Notes: generated from the sequence alone by a model not told the origin. Positions 32,429 to 41,402 are shown, counted from the first letter of the stretch. The stretch: DNA of 64,000 nucleotides from Candidatus Harrisonbacteria bacterium (GCA_023244835.1 JAHFLN010000001.1:4912-68911), one strand, 5' to 3'. Made by a program: numbers and translations.

Positions 32429-33301
32429 TTATTTCTTCACGATCCCTTCCGGCCTTATGAGCAGGAATATGATCAATACGACGAACGCGATCGCGTCTTT
32501 CCATTCGCCGCTTATCTTCCAGATGCCGAAGTTCTCCGCGAACCCGAGCACGAACGCGCCTAAGAAGCCGCCGTAGAGACTCCCCACGCCGCCGATAATC
32601 GAAGCGATAGTTCCTTTTAAGAGCAGGTTCATGCCCATGGTCGGTTCGATGCCCGTATCGAAGCCGATCAGGATTCCCGCGACGCCCGCGATCGCCGAGC
32701 CGATGAAGAACACGCGGCCGATGATCTTGTTCGTGTCGATACCCACCATACGCGCGACTTCCTCATCGTCCTTTATCGCCGATACGGCCTTGCCGAAGAG
32801 GGTATATTTCGCGACGAGTCCCAAGACCGCCATGATCGCGAGGCCGCAAGCGATGATCACGACCTGCGTGTGCGTGATTATCGCGCCATAGACTTCGACT
32901 GAGCCCGACACGCCGCCGGACGATTCAAGCGCTTGGAATTGACTCGTGAAAAGAATCGCGATAACCGCCTGAATCGCCGTGAAAGCGCCGAGCGACGCGA
33001 CCATGAGCACCATATTCGACGCCTTACGCTTGCGAAGCGGCAGATAAACGAACTTGTCCAGCCCATAGCCGATGGAGCCCGCGACCACAGCGCCTATCAC
33101 GCACGTGACGACGACATTTACTGGCAAGGCGAATATCTTAAGGATGGCGAATACCGTATAGGCGCCGCATGCCGCAACCGCCCCGTGAGCGAGGTTAAAA
33201 AACTTGGTCGTGCCGTAAATGAGGTTGAATCCGAGCGCGATCAGGGCGTATATAGCGCCGGCGATCACGCTGTTCGCGATAAGTTGAGGCACGATGTCCA
33301 C
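32429..33301 (-). CDS. livH: branched-chain amino acid ABC permease LivH-like
   Basis: YALIALGFNLIYG..FNLAHG, IRPEG; start moved to GTG (VDIVPQ). Confidence 0.92.
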   Translation of the reverse strand: MDIVPQLIANSVIAGAIYALIALGFNLIYGTTKFFNLAHGAVAACGAYTVFAILKIFALPVNVVVTCVIGAVVAGSIGYGLDKFVYLPLRKRKASNMVLMVASLGAFTAIQAVIAILFTSQFQALESSGGVSGSVEVYGAIITHTQVVIIACGLAIMAVLGLVAKYTLFGKAVSAIKDDEEVARMVGIDTNKIIGRVFFIGSAIAGVAGILIGFDTGIEPTMGMNLLLKGTIASIIGGVGSLYGGFLGAFVLGFAENFGIWKISGEWKDAIAFVVLIIFLLIRPEGIVKK

Positions 33302-33446
33302 ATAAGGAAATATATAGGACTCACTCGTTTTCATCAATCGCATAATCTTGACTTTAATCAATATTTTATGCACTATATATTCGGCTATCCGACAACCGAA
33401 TACTGCTTGTAAGTCCCTATTTTTTCGAACGAAAGGAACGGTTCCG

Positions 33447-34136
33447 ATGTCTATCTTACACTCAAATCCCACGAAAAAGAGAGGCAGACGAAAGAAAAAG
33501 GCCCTTGCCCTGAAGGATACGGCGCGACGGAAAAGCGACCTGCCCGCGCGTCGCTATATGGGAGCGTATGTCTCTCGCGCGAAACGCGCAGGGCTTTCCC
33601 ATTCACAAGGGAAACCCCCCAAGATCATCCAGCTAAAACCCTCTGTCGCGAAACGGACGGAAATGACGCCGAGTGTCGCTCCCCCGTTCATTCTCTTCCT
33701 CGCAACGGCGGAGGCTCTGCAGCGATCCGGCATCACCATGACGGGAAAAACATCGAAGCAAAAAAGGAGACTTCTTCTTTTGGCTGAATCCGTTTCTGAT
33801 GGCCGGCACCATGCGAAGATCCTTATGCGCGCCGAGCTTGACGAGTTTCTCTGCGTCATCGCCTTCGACGAGGAAAGCTGGACTCCCGAAAAAGACGACG
33901 TTCTGTTCGACTTCGAACTCAAACTCCGCAGATCGTGTGGCCACTGTGTTCATTTCTACGCCAAAGAGGCTGCTATGAATACCGGCGAGGTCATCGCCCG
34001 GATTATTGCCGAACGCTTCAAGAAATACGTTCTCGGCCGTGCCCGGCTTGCGCTCCGTACCGCGGAAATCAGGAATGAGATCAATAGCCTCGTGGCCGAA
34101 GCTATGCAGTTCACTCTTCCGCTCAGCGATAGCTGA
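33447..34136 (+). CDS. hypothetical protein with very basic N-terminus
   Basis: AAAGGA SD before MSILHS; terminator 34169-34202. Confidence 0.55.
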   Translation: MSILHSNPTKKRGRRKKKALALKDTARRKSDLPARRYMGAYVSRAKRAGLSHSQGKPPKIIQLKPSVAKRTEMTPSVAPPFILFLATAEALQRSGITMTGKTSKQKRRLLLLAESVSDGRHHAKILMRAELDEFLCVIAFDEESWTPEKDDVLFDFELKLRRSCGHCVHFYAKEAAMNTGEVIARIIAERFKKYVLGRARLALRTAEIRNEINSLVAEAMQFTLPLSDS

Positions 34137-34223
34137 TACGATCGGCATTTCAAAACGCGGGAAAACACAAACGCCCCCGGCAGCTTGCCGGAGGCGTTTT
34201 TTCTTTACCTTTTTATATCCTCC

Positions 34224-35429
34224 TTATTGCGGGGTGCTTGTCGCGGTAGTCGCGGCCATCATTTCCACCTTACCGCCCTTCACCACCTCGCCGCTGTAGC
34301 CGCTCTCGCGGTCGCCGTCCGGCTTGATCGTGATCGAGCCCGATGCGCCCTGCCAATCCTTCACGGTGCGGAACCAGTCCGCGAGCTTCGCGCCGTCGTC
34401 TCCCACGGCCATCAGGCCCTCTTTCGCCATATAAACGCCGTCGTACACGGTCTGGCCGTAGGACTTGAACGGCATATCAACACCGAACTTTGCTTTGTAG
34501 GCCTGATCCAATGCCGCGAACTTCGTATTCGCCGGGTCAACCGCGAATTCGGCCGCGAGCGCACCTTCCAAAATATCCTTGTATTTCTCGACCGTCGCGC
34601 GGTCGCCTACGAACGCCTCGTTCACGAGCATCTTCGGCTTCCACTTCAAGTCGACTAATTGCTTAATGACCCGCTCGCCGGATGCCGGCGTCTGCGCGTT
34701 CAGGAAGAGCGCGTCGGGCTTCGCCGCCTTTAACTTTGTAAGCATCGAGCGGAAATCGGTCGCGCTCGTCGGGAACTCCTCCTTCACCACCGTACCGCCT
34801 AATGCTTCGAACGAAGCGCTGAATGCCTTGAAGATGCCCAAGGGGTAGTCAAGCTGCTCCTGAATCATCGCGACCTTCTTCCAGCCTTTCGCGGCCGCGG
34901 CCTTCGCCAACACCTCGCCCTGCGTCGCGTCACTCGGATAGTCACGCACGAAGAAACGGCTCTTGCCCGTCAAGTCGGGACTGCTCGAGCCGGTCGAGAG
35001 CATGAGTACCTGGCCCGCCTCCGCGACCGGGATCGCCGCGAGCGATTCGCCACTGCAGAACCCGCCGAGAATGAAATGAACCTTGTCGACGTTTACCAGC
35101 TTCTGCGCCGCGCTCGTCGCGTCCTTACCGCTGCACTTACCATCTTCATAAATAACTTCGAGCGGCCGGCCATTTACGCCACCCGCGGCGTTGATTTCTT
35201 CAACCGCGAGCATGACGACGTTCCGCTTCATTTCCCCATATGACGCGCCATCGCCCGACAAGGGAGCGATGAAACCGATCTTAAGCGGCTCGACAGCCAC
35301 CGGAACCGTGCTCGTCGCGACGGTCTCCTCAACCGGCGCTTCAGCAGGCGCGCCGAGCATGGCGTACCCCGCCCATGCGACCACGCCCAACACGACGACC
35401 CATATAATAGCTTTCGCTGTAGTGTTCAT
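34224..35429 (-). CDS. LivJ/LivK-like ABC solute-binding protein
   Basis: IGFIAPLSG, INAAGGVNG, EDGKC, GGFCSG, DFRSMLTK. Confidence 0.92.
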   Translation of the reverse strand: MNTTAKAIIWVVVLGVVAWAGYAMLGAPAEAPVEETVATSTVPVAVEPLKIGFIAPLSGDGASYGEMKRNVVMLAVEEINAAGGVNGRPLEVIYEDGKCSGKDATSAAQKLVNVDKVHFILGGFCSGESLAAIPVAEAGQVLMLSTGSSSPDLTGKSRFFVRDYPSDATQGEVLAKAAAAKGWKKVAMIQEQLDYPLGIFKAFSASFEALGGTVVKEEFPTSATDFRSMLTKLKAAKPDALFLNAQTPASGERVIKQLVDLKWKPKMLVNEAFVGDRATVEKYKDILEGALAAEFAVDPANTKFAALDQAYKAKFGVDMPFKSYGQTVYDGVYMAKEGLMAVGDDGAKLADWFRTVKDWQGASGSITIKPDGDRESGYSGEVVKGGKVEMMAATTATSTPQ

Positions 35430-35547
35430 AGTGCCTTCATACTACCCAAGCCATGATGTCCGTCAATATGGACAAAACGCACTATAATCATCGTAATTAC
35501 GCCTGATTGAACGAATCGGCAGGGCACGATATACTGAACCCGCCGAA

Positions 35548-35635
35548 GGAGGGGTCGCATAGCGGCCTAGTGCACCATCTTGGAAAGGTGGCATACCGAA
35601 AGGTATCGAGGGTTCGAATCCCTCCCCCTCCGCCA
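35548..35635 (+). tRNA. tRNA-Ser(GGA)
   Basis: GGAGGGG/CCCCTCC acceptor stem with GCCA; anticodon arm CCATC-TTGGAAA-GGTGG; long variable arm ATACC-GAAA-GGTAT; GGTTCGAATCC. Confidence 0.97.
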
Positions 35636-35656
35636 GATTGGCAACTTTGAACCAAT

Positions 35657-36430
35657 ATGAATACATGGACTAAAAAGAGTATAGAACTGGCGCGTAAACC
35701 GGGATATTTAGATGCCTTGGGCGCTATTTATGTTATGAATATAAATCCTAGTAGACCACTAACGGAAGAAGTTGAGAAAAAAATACGAGAGGCTTTCCAT
35801 AATAGAAAAAATAAAGAGTTAGTTCATCTGTTAATTCAAAACGAAGTCTTTCCGGTCAAGGATTCTTATGTCGGATTTTTAAGACTTAACCCTGCGGCTA
35901 TTGATCAAAATCCGATAACTATCAATAGAATATCAGAAAGGCTTTACTCATTGGGGATTGAAGCACTTCTTAAGGAGGCAACTCGTCCTAAAGAGACAAA
36001 TCGTCAACTCGGACACTCATTCAAAAAATGGTTGCCTCAATTAGGTTATCCCGTACTTAATGTAGAAGAGTTTGCCAATACTCGAGGTGTGGCCATCCTT
36101 GCCGGTGGGGACGCACAACTTGCAAAATACGCTAGAGAGAAGTTGGGCTGTGAATTATCCAAAGGTATTGATTTTGTTTTAAAGAAAGGAAAGAATCATA
36201 TTATTGGTGAAGCTAAATTTCTTACAACTCCTGGAGGAGAGCAAGATCGAGGTTTTGATGACGCATCAAATTTTATTAAAGGAAAATTGCGCCCAAATGT
36301 GAAAAGAATAGCTGTTTTGGATGGCTATATCTGGGTAGAACGAACTGGTGGGCTCCACAATAAGATCGTGATGAACAACCTTGATATTTTTAGTGCTCTA
36401 CTCCTTCCCGAATATATTAAAAAGTTTTAG
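35657..36430 (+). CDS. putative type II restriction endonuclease (Tsp45I-like)
   Basis: PD-(D/E)xK core IDFV...GEAKFLT..GG.Q...F.DA; convergent with the MTase, overlapping stop codons at 36427-36430. Confidence 0.7.
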   Translation: MNTWTKKSIELARKPGYLDALGAIYVMNINPSRPLTEEVEKKIREAFHNRKNKELVHLLIQNEVFPVKDSYVGFLRLNPAAIDQNPITINRISERLYSLGIEALLKEATRPKETNRQLGHSFKKWLPQLGYPVLNVEEFANTRGVAILAGGDAQLAKYAREKLGCELSKGIDFVLKKGKNHIIGEAKFLTTPGGEQDRGFDDASNFIKGKLRPNVKRIAVLDGYIWVERTGGLHNKIVMNNLDIFSALLLPEYIKKF

Positions 36431-38187
36431 GTTGCAGAATAAACCTCAAAAGAAGCTTTTAATTTAGCTCCTTCTTTTTCTATAAGACTAATAGCATTTT
36501 TATTGAGGTCTATTCCTATCCAATTTCTTTTTAGTTCTTCAGCGGCTAGTAGAGTAGTACCCGACCCCGCAAAACAATCCAAAACCAAGTCGTCTTGCGT
36601 TGTAGAGCTCTGAATAATTTGTTTCAATAAGTCTCGATTTTTCTGTGTTGGGTAAAGAGAGCTCTCGAAACCAGGATCTTTAAAGTCCCACACGTCCTGA
36701 AGTTTCTTGCCTCGGTTTTCGTCTGCGTAGATTTTTTTTCGAGGATTCCCTGAACTAGACCACTCAATCAATCCTTCTTTATCTAGGCGTGTTAATTCTT
36801 CAGGGTTATATCTCCAATGCCTTCCTTTCGGTGGGAGCATGCCTTTCCATTCTCTGCCCGTAGGACCATTTCGTGTCTCTCCTTTAGCGTGAAGAGGTGT
36901 GGTGGCATACCTACGCCCTTTTTTGTCAATCTTGGGAAATTGTTTTATGATCTCCTCCTCAGTTAAGGCTATACGATGGTCCGTCCAAGACATTGGGTCA
37001 TGTCCATTTGGTTTTGATTTGGAATAAAAATATATTACATCTTTTATGTTCCCGAAAGCTTTCCTATCGAAATTTTTTGGATTACATTTTATTCTGGTAA
37101 TGTCATTTCTAAAATTTTCCTCTCCGAATACTTCGTCCATTAATACTTTTACATAATGTCCTATTTTCTGATCAATATGGAGGTATATGCTACCTGTTTC
37201 GGAAAGTAATTCTCTAAGAAGGATCAGTCTTTTTCTTAAAAACTCAAGGAAATCTGTGTTTGTAAGTTTGTCGCTATAAAAGTTTTCTTCGTTATAACCA
37301 ACAAAATCTTGCCCTGTACCAAAAGGTGGATCGATATAAATTAATTCGATATTGCCCTTTATATTTTTATTTTCATACAAATTCTTAAGAACACTGAGAT
37401 TGTCGCCTGCAATTAATTTATTTACAGACTTTGATCCATATTTCTTAGTAAGTTTAAGTTGAGCCGCTTTGATTTCAAGAACTTCTTCTTCCTTTATTTT
37501 TCCTCGATAAATCAACTCAGCTCCTCCTTTAGGACGACGTGCATGAGGAATCGTATGAAGAATATTTTCTGCTCTCTCCCTCTCGGAATATCTTTCGTTG
37601 GATTTAATAATATCTATAACTACACCTTGGATAGTTAACCGTTCAGGTTCAATAAAAAGAGGTAGCATTGTTTGGTTCGCAGGCTGTAGCCGTATCCTAT
37701 TTTTCTCCCTAAAAAACTTTTTAAGTGTGGCGGACTCCTGATCAATCAAAGCAACAACTTTTTGACCATTGTGTGCTACCGATTGACTCTGAATCAACAC
37801 AATGTCTCCATCGTTGATATTCTCATCAATCATACTATCGCCATACACACGTAGAGCGTAAACATCACTACTTTTAGGCATTTTCGATTTCGGGATAGCG
37901 ATTGTCTCCTTTTCTTGAATTGCTTCAATTGGCTCGCCTGCAGCAATAGTACCCAGGAGAGGAATGCTTACCAGGGGTTCGCCAGAGGAAATACTTATAG
38001 AACGTGCTTTATTTTCAGATTTATCCAAATATCCACTATCTCGTAGTTTGTTTATATGAAAATGTGCAGTAGAAACAGAGGCAAGTTTAAAATGCCTCTG
38101 TATTTCCTCTAAGGAGGGGGCATACCCTTTCTTTTTGGAAGACTCTTTTACGAAATCGAAGACCTCTTTTTGCTTTTTGGTGAGCAT
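36427..38187 (-). CDS. LexA repressor fused to a beta-class N6-adenine DNA methyltransferase
   Basis: N-terminus MLTKKQKEV..GYAPSLEEI wHTH, IAAG cleavage site, GDSM, TLKK; C-terminus YIDPPF (motif IV) before LDCFAGSGTT (motif I). Confidence 0.9.
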   Translation of the reverse strand: MLTKKQKEVFDFVKESSKKKGYAPSLEEIQRHFKLASVSTAHFHINKLRDSGYLDKSENKARSISISSGEPLVSIPLLGTIAAGEPIEAIQEKETIAIPKSKMPKSSDVYALRVYGDSMIDENINDGDIVLIQSQSVAHNGQKVVALIDQESATLKKFFREKNRIRLQPANQTMLPLFIEPERLTIQGVVIDIIKSNERYSERERAENILHTIPHARRPKGGAELIYRGKIKEEEVLEIKAAQLKLTKKYGSKSVNKLIAGDNLSVLKNLYENKNIKGNIELIYIDPPFGTGQDFVGYNEENFYSDKLTNTDFLEFLRKRLILLRELLSETGSIYLHIDQKIGHYVKVLMDEVFGEENFRNDITRIKCNPKNFDRKAFGNIKDVIYFYSKSKPNGHDPMSWTDHRIALTEEEIIKQFPKIDKKGRRYATTPLHAKGETRNGPTGREWKGMLPPKGRHWRYNPEELTRLDKEGLIEWSSSGNPRKKIYADENRGKKLQDVWDFKDPGFESSLYPTQKNRDLLKQIIQSSTTQDDLVLDCFAGSGTTLLAAEELKRNWIGIDLNKNAISLIEKEGAKLKASFEVYSAT

Positions 38188-38193
38188 ATTGAT

Positions 38194-38222
38194 ATTATAG
38201 AAAATAAATAGAAAGTATACAA
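38194..38222 (-). promoter_or_regulatory. sigma70 promoter of lexA-MTase (leaderless) with a direct-repeat operator candidate
   Basis: TTGTAT-17-TATAAT-6-ATG; ATAGAAA repeated with an 11-bp period within the spacer/-10. Confidence 0.65.
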
Positions 38223-38228
38223 ATCAAG

Positions 38229-38237
38229 TTATCCACA
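38229..38237 (+). promoter_or_regulatory. DnaA-box consensus
   Basis: TTATCCACA, 5 nt before the DUF4238 ATG. Confidence 0.4.
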
Positions 38238-38242
38238 AGGTC

Positions 38243-39238
38243 ATGGCAAAGCATCACATCGTTCAAGACAAATATCTCACTCAATGGAGAAAAAGCGGAA
38301 CAGAAAATCAGCTCAATATTTATGTTATTCATGAAAATCAAATTATAGAAAGAGGACCGGGATGGAAGGGTTTTTGGAGAGATGATTTTAATGTGCTTGA
38401 AGATGACGGTGAAAAGTCCTACCTCCCAGAGGAAGTTACGGTAATTATTGATACAAAGGGTATTGAAGCTGTCAGGAAAATAAATACTACAAGCGAAGAA
38501 TTATTATCAGGTATGGATAGGAGTTGCGTAGCTTTTTATACGGCATTGCAGTACACAAGAACTCCGCGACACAGAGAGGAAACAAACAAATTGATCGAAG
38601 CTACTACCCGACATTTTATGAGAAAAGACCTTCCATCACCAGATAAGGTGCATATGTCCAAAGATAAGATACTCGAGTATAACCCACAGAATAAAATGGA
38701 GGAGGATGCTCTGGATGTGATAAGTAAGATGACGCAAGAGGAAATCAACTCACAGATTTTTAAGGCAATACACGATGATACAGTCAGGATCGGCCTTACA
38801 AAGACAGGCCACTCAAAAGGCATTCTGAAAGTAGATCGTCATGCCGAGAAGATATTTGAAATGCAGTGGCTATTCCTAGTAACTCCTGAGGGTACGTCCT
38901 TCATTACCTCGGATAGCCCTTGTTTTACAATATCCACATCGAAACTGAATGGGCTAATATCGCCTCACTCAACGGTATATTTCCCATTAAGACCAGATAT
39001 ATGTCTTTACATAAAACCGAGCATGAAATCAAAAGCAGAATACTATATGAAGTTAGATAAGGGACAGGTTAGGGATATAAATTCACTGATACTCTCAAAC
39101 AGTACCCAATGTGCAGTTGCCAAGGACAAAATACATTTAGAGAAACTGACCAAGAACTTCGATTACAAAAACCACAGAAAGTCACGCGTTATATCTATTA
39201 GCGAATCGGGGCCATACACAATGTTTACCGCAGAATAG
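38243..39238 (+). CDS. DUF4238 domain protein
   Basis: N-terminal HHIVQDKYL..W and FITSDSP...FPL.P motifs. Confidence 0.75.
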   Translation: MAKHHIVQDKYLTQWRKSGTENQLNIYVIHENQIIERGPGWKGFWRDDFNVLEDDGEKSYLPEEVTVIIDTKGIEAVRKINTTSEELLSGMDRSCVAFYTALQYTRTPRHREETNKLIEATTRHFMRKDLPSPDKVHMSKDKILEYNPQNKMEEDALDVISKMTQEEINSQIFKAIHDDTVRIGLTKTGHSKGILKVDRHAEKIFEMQWLFLVTPEGTSFITSDSPCFTISTSKLNGLISPHSTVYFPLRPDICLYIKPSMKSKAEYYMKLDKGQVRDINSLILSNSTQCAVAKDKIHLEKLTKNFDYKNHRKSRVISISESGPYTMFTAE

Positions 39239-39493
39239 TAAATTAACCTGAGTAGCCTGTATATTTTAGGCTAGACAGAATAATCAACTGCATTTTGCCC
39301 TATATCTGACTTTGGCTTCGGTACTTCAAACCATTCAGGGTGGACTTTGTAGATAACCCTTAGTTTCTGTATACTTTTATCAAGATCCTCGAATTTGAGC
39401 CGTACTTTTGGTTCAAAGTTACGGGCATCGTCCCCGCCTAATGCAAAAGAGATGGCCTTGCGCCATCCCCTTTTGCATTAGATGTGATGGCTT

Positions 39494-39594
39494 GGAGAGG
39501 ATTCGAACCGAAGGTCCCCTATTTTCAAGGAGGCTTACAGCCGACTATGAAAATAGCGGCCTCGACCGAAGGAAGAGGCGAATCCCCCCCGCCC
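39494..39594. repeat. structured inverted-repeat element with tRNA T-arm-like ends
   Basis: GGATTCG/CGAATCC closing stem, CTATTTTCA/TGAAAATAG inner stem, two small hairpins. Confidence 0.55.
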
Positions 39595-39614
39595 TTGCAT
39601 TACTCCTCTTTAAC

Positions 39615-40079
39615 TTAATCCTTCCCAGACTTCGCGCTTATTCCATCGCGTACGATACCCTCAAGCACTGCCGCCGTACTGGCAGCAATGATAGAGCCGA
39701 AGGCAACGAGAAGTCCTATAGCAACCCCGCCTGCCCGGTCATCGCTCGTGTTCAGCATAATGAATACTTCCCCTACCGCGACGAAGCCAATGATAACAAA
39801 GGCGCACCGCCTAATAGTCCGCATGGCATTTACGACTTGTTGCGAAAACGCCTTACCCTCTCGGATATATCGGAGCGCCGTGAATGCCTGATAGAGCGCC
39901 GTGAAAAACGCGATTGATCCTATATAAGCGAATAGTATGAAAGGATCGGAATACATTTCGAAATTCGTGGCGTTCGCGTTCACGCCCTCGACGCGAGGTT
40001 CCCATACGAGAAACGCAAGCGCGCCAATGCCGATAAGCATGATGACTGCTTGAAGAAATATCGTCGGGCCTTTTTTCAT
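39615..40079 (-). CDS. DUF2975 membrane protein
   Basis: MKKGPTIFLQ.., ALYQAF..LRYI...AFS, DDRAGG. Confidence 0.8.
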   Translation of the reverse strand: MKKGPTIFLQAVIMLIGIGALAFLVWEPRVEGVNANATNFEMYSDPFILFAYIGSIAFFTALYQAFTALRYIREGKAFSQQVVNAMRTIRRCAFVIIGFVAVGEVFIMLNTSDDRAGGVAIGLLVAFGSIIAASTAAVLEGIVRDGISAKSGKD

Positions 40080-40116
40080 ATATAGTTCTTTATGCATACT
40101 ACATTCATCGTAAGAC

Positions 40117-40563
40117 ATGAAGACTACTTTCACCATCGGGGCGTTCGGGATGATATTCGATGCCGAATGGCGCGTGCTTCTCTGCCATAGGACGGACTAC
40201 GACCTATGGAACCTGCCCGGCGGCACTGTCGAGCACGGCGAATCTCCCTGGGATGCCGTGGTGCGCGAAATCAAAGAAGAAACGGGACTGGATGCCATCG
40301 TCTCGCGACTCGCGGGTATCTACAGTAAACCCGACCAGAATGACGTCGTTTTTTCTTTCGTCTGTACGATAACGGGCGGCGTGATAACGCCGAATAACGA
40401 AGCTGATCGTATAGAATGGTTCGCGCCTGCTTCCTTGCCTCCGAATACCTCACCGAAACAAGTCGAGCGTATTATGGATGCCGTTCGGGATCCGAATGCC
40501 ATGCATATGAAAATCCAAACCGGGAAATCCTCGATCGAACTCATCAGGGACGGCCGGCTTTAG
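40117..40563 (+). CDS. NUDIX hydrolase
   Basis: Nudix box PGGTVEHGESPWDAVVREIKEETG. Confidence 0.93.
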   Translation: MKTTFTIGAFGMIFDAEWRVLLCHRTDYDLWNLPGGTVEHGESPWDAVVREIKEETGLDAIVSRLAGIYSKPDQNDVVFSFVCTITGGVITPNNEADRIEWFAPASLPPNTSPKQVERIMDAVRDPNAMHMKIQTGKSSIELIRDGRL

Positions 40564-40642
40564 GACGAACTTGAGCGACAGTCCCCGATTACGCTAGACT
40601 GATACTCGTTTTCCGCATTTCACCATTTCAAAGGAGGCATCC

Positions 40643-40729
40643 GTGAGACGCAGCAGACTTCCCGATCCCACCACTATCTTCGCGATCATCATCGGCATAA
40701 TCCTCGTGATTTTCGCCTGGAACCGGTAA
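40643..40729 (+). CDS. 28-aa single-TM small protein
   Basis: AAGGAGG then GTG; MRRSRLPDPTTIFAIIIGIILVIFAWNR. Confidence 0.5.
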   Translation: MRRSRLPDPTTIFAIIIGIILVIFAWNR

Positions 40730-40784
40730 TGATCGGGAGCAAGCACGCACCCTGATAACCCAAACCACAGAAAGGACAGATGTA

Positions 40785-41402
40785 ATGCCCAACGCATCAG
40801 GCAACCTCTCCGTCCGCGAAGTTCTCGAACAGGCGTTCGCCTTGCTTCTTGAACATTTCAGCGTAACGGCCGTCGACCTGCCTTGCCGCGCGCAGGCGGA
40901 AATAGCCGACGACTCCTTCGTTCCCCATGAGCCCGCATTCGGCTTTATCGGTTACGATCGCGCGGCGCTCGTATGTCTTGTAGACGGCACCCGATGGGCG
41001 CTTAGCAATGGCCGTAAGTGCGGCCAGTATCCGGGCGATGAATACGATTCGGATATTGCCGCGGTCATCCTTACCGGATTTTCCGAAGATGACACGATAG
41101 AGCCCGCGCACCTCGGCTACGCGCTCGCTTCAAACGATCACTTCTTCCACTCCGCGATCGTCGCGTGTCGCGACGGGGGGTTCGGCGTCGCGAACGATTC
41201 GGTATTCCACCAAGCGACGAGCGCGCTCGTCCTGCCCCGCACTCCCGGCTTCGTCGCGACGCCTGCCATTACCGATACGCGGCGAGTCATTGACCCGGGC
41301 ACGATGCGCGTGCGCGTCGCACAGCCGGCGACCTATCGGCCGGACATCGTCCCATTTCTCGCGGATATGATCACCTTGATTATCAAAGGAGAAATCTCCT
41401 GA
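40785..41402 (+). CDS. hypothetical protein
   Basis: AAAGGA SD; terminator at about 41417-41456. Confidence 0.6.
   Translation: MPNASGNLSVREVLEQAFALLLEHFSVTAVDLPCRAQAEIADDSFVPHEPAFGFIGYDRAALVCLVDGTRWALSNGRKCGQYPGDEYDSDIAAVILTGFSEDDTIEPAHLGYALASNDHFFHSAIVACRDGGFGVANDSVFHQATSALVLPRTPGFVATPAITDTRRVIDPGTMRVRVAQPATYRPDIVPFLADMITLIIKGEIS

Larger units (their letters stand above)
35636..39600. mobile_element. AT-rich genomic island downstream of tRNA-Ser (restriction-modification/defence cargo)
   Basis: Abrupt visible drop in GC after the CCA; ends near the tRNA-3'-like sequence CGAATCCCCCCCGCCC at 39579-39594; no integrase. Confidence 0.7.

Noticed and set aside
39271-39430. Open minus-strand stretch (DARNFEPKVR...DYSV*) at the island end
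   Set aside because: No in-frame start and no recognisable motif; at most a gene remnant
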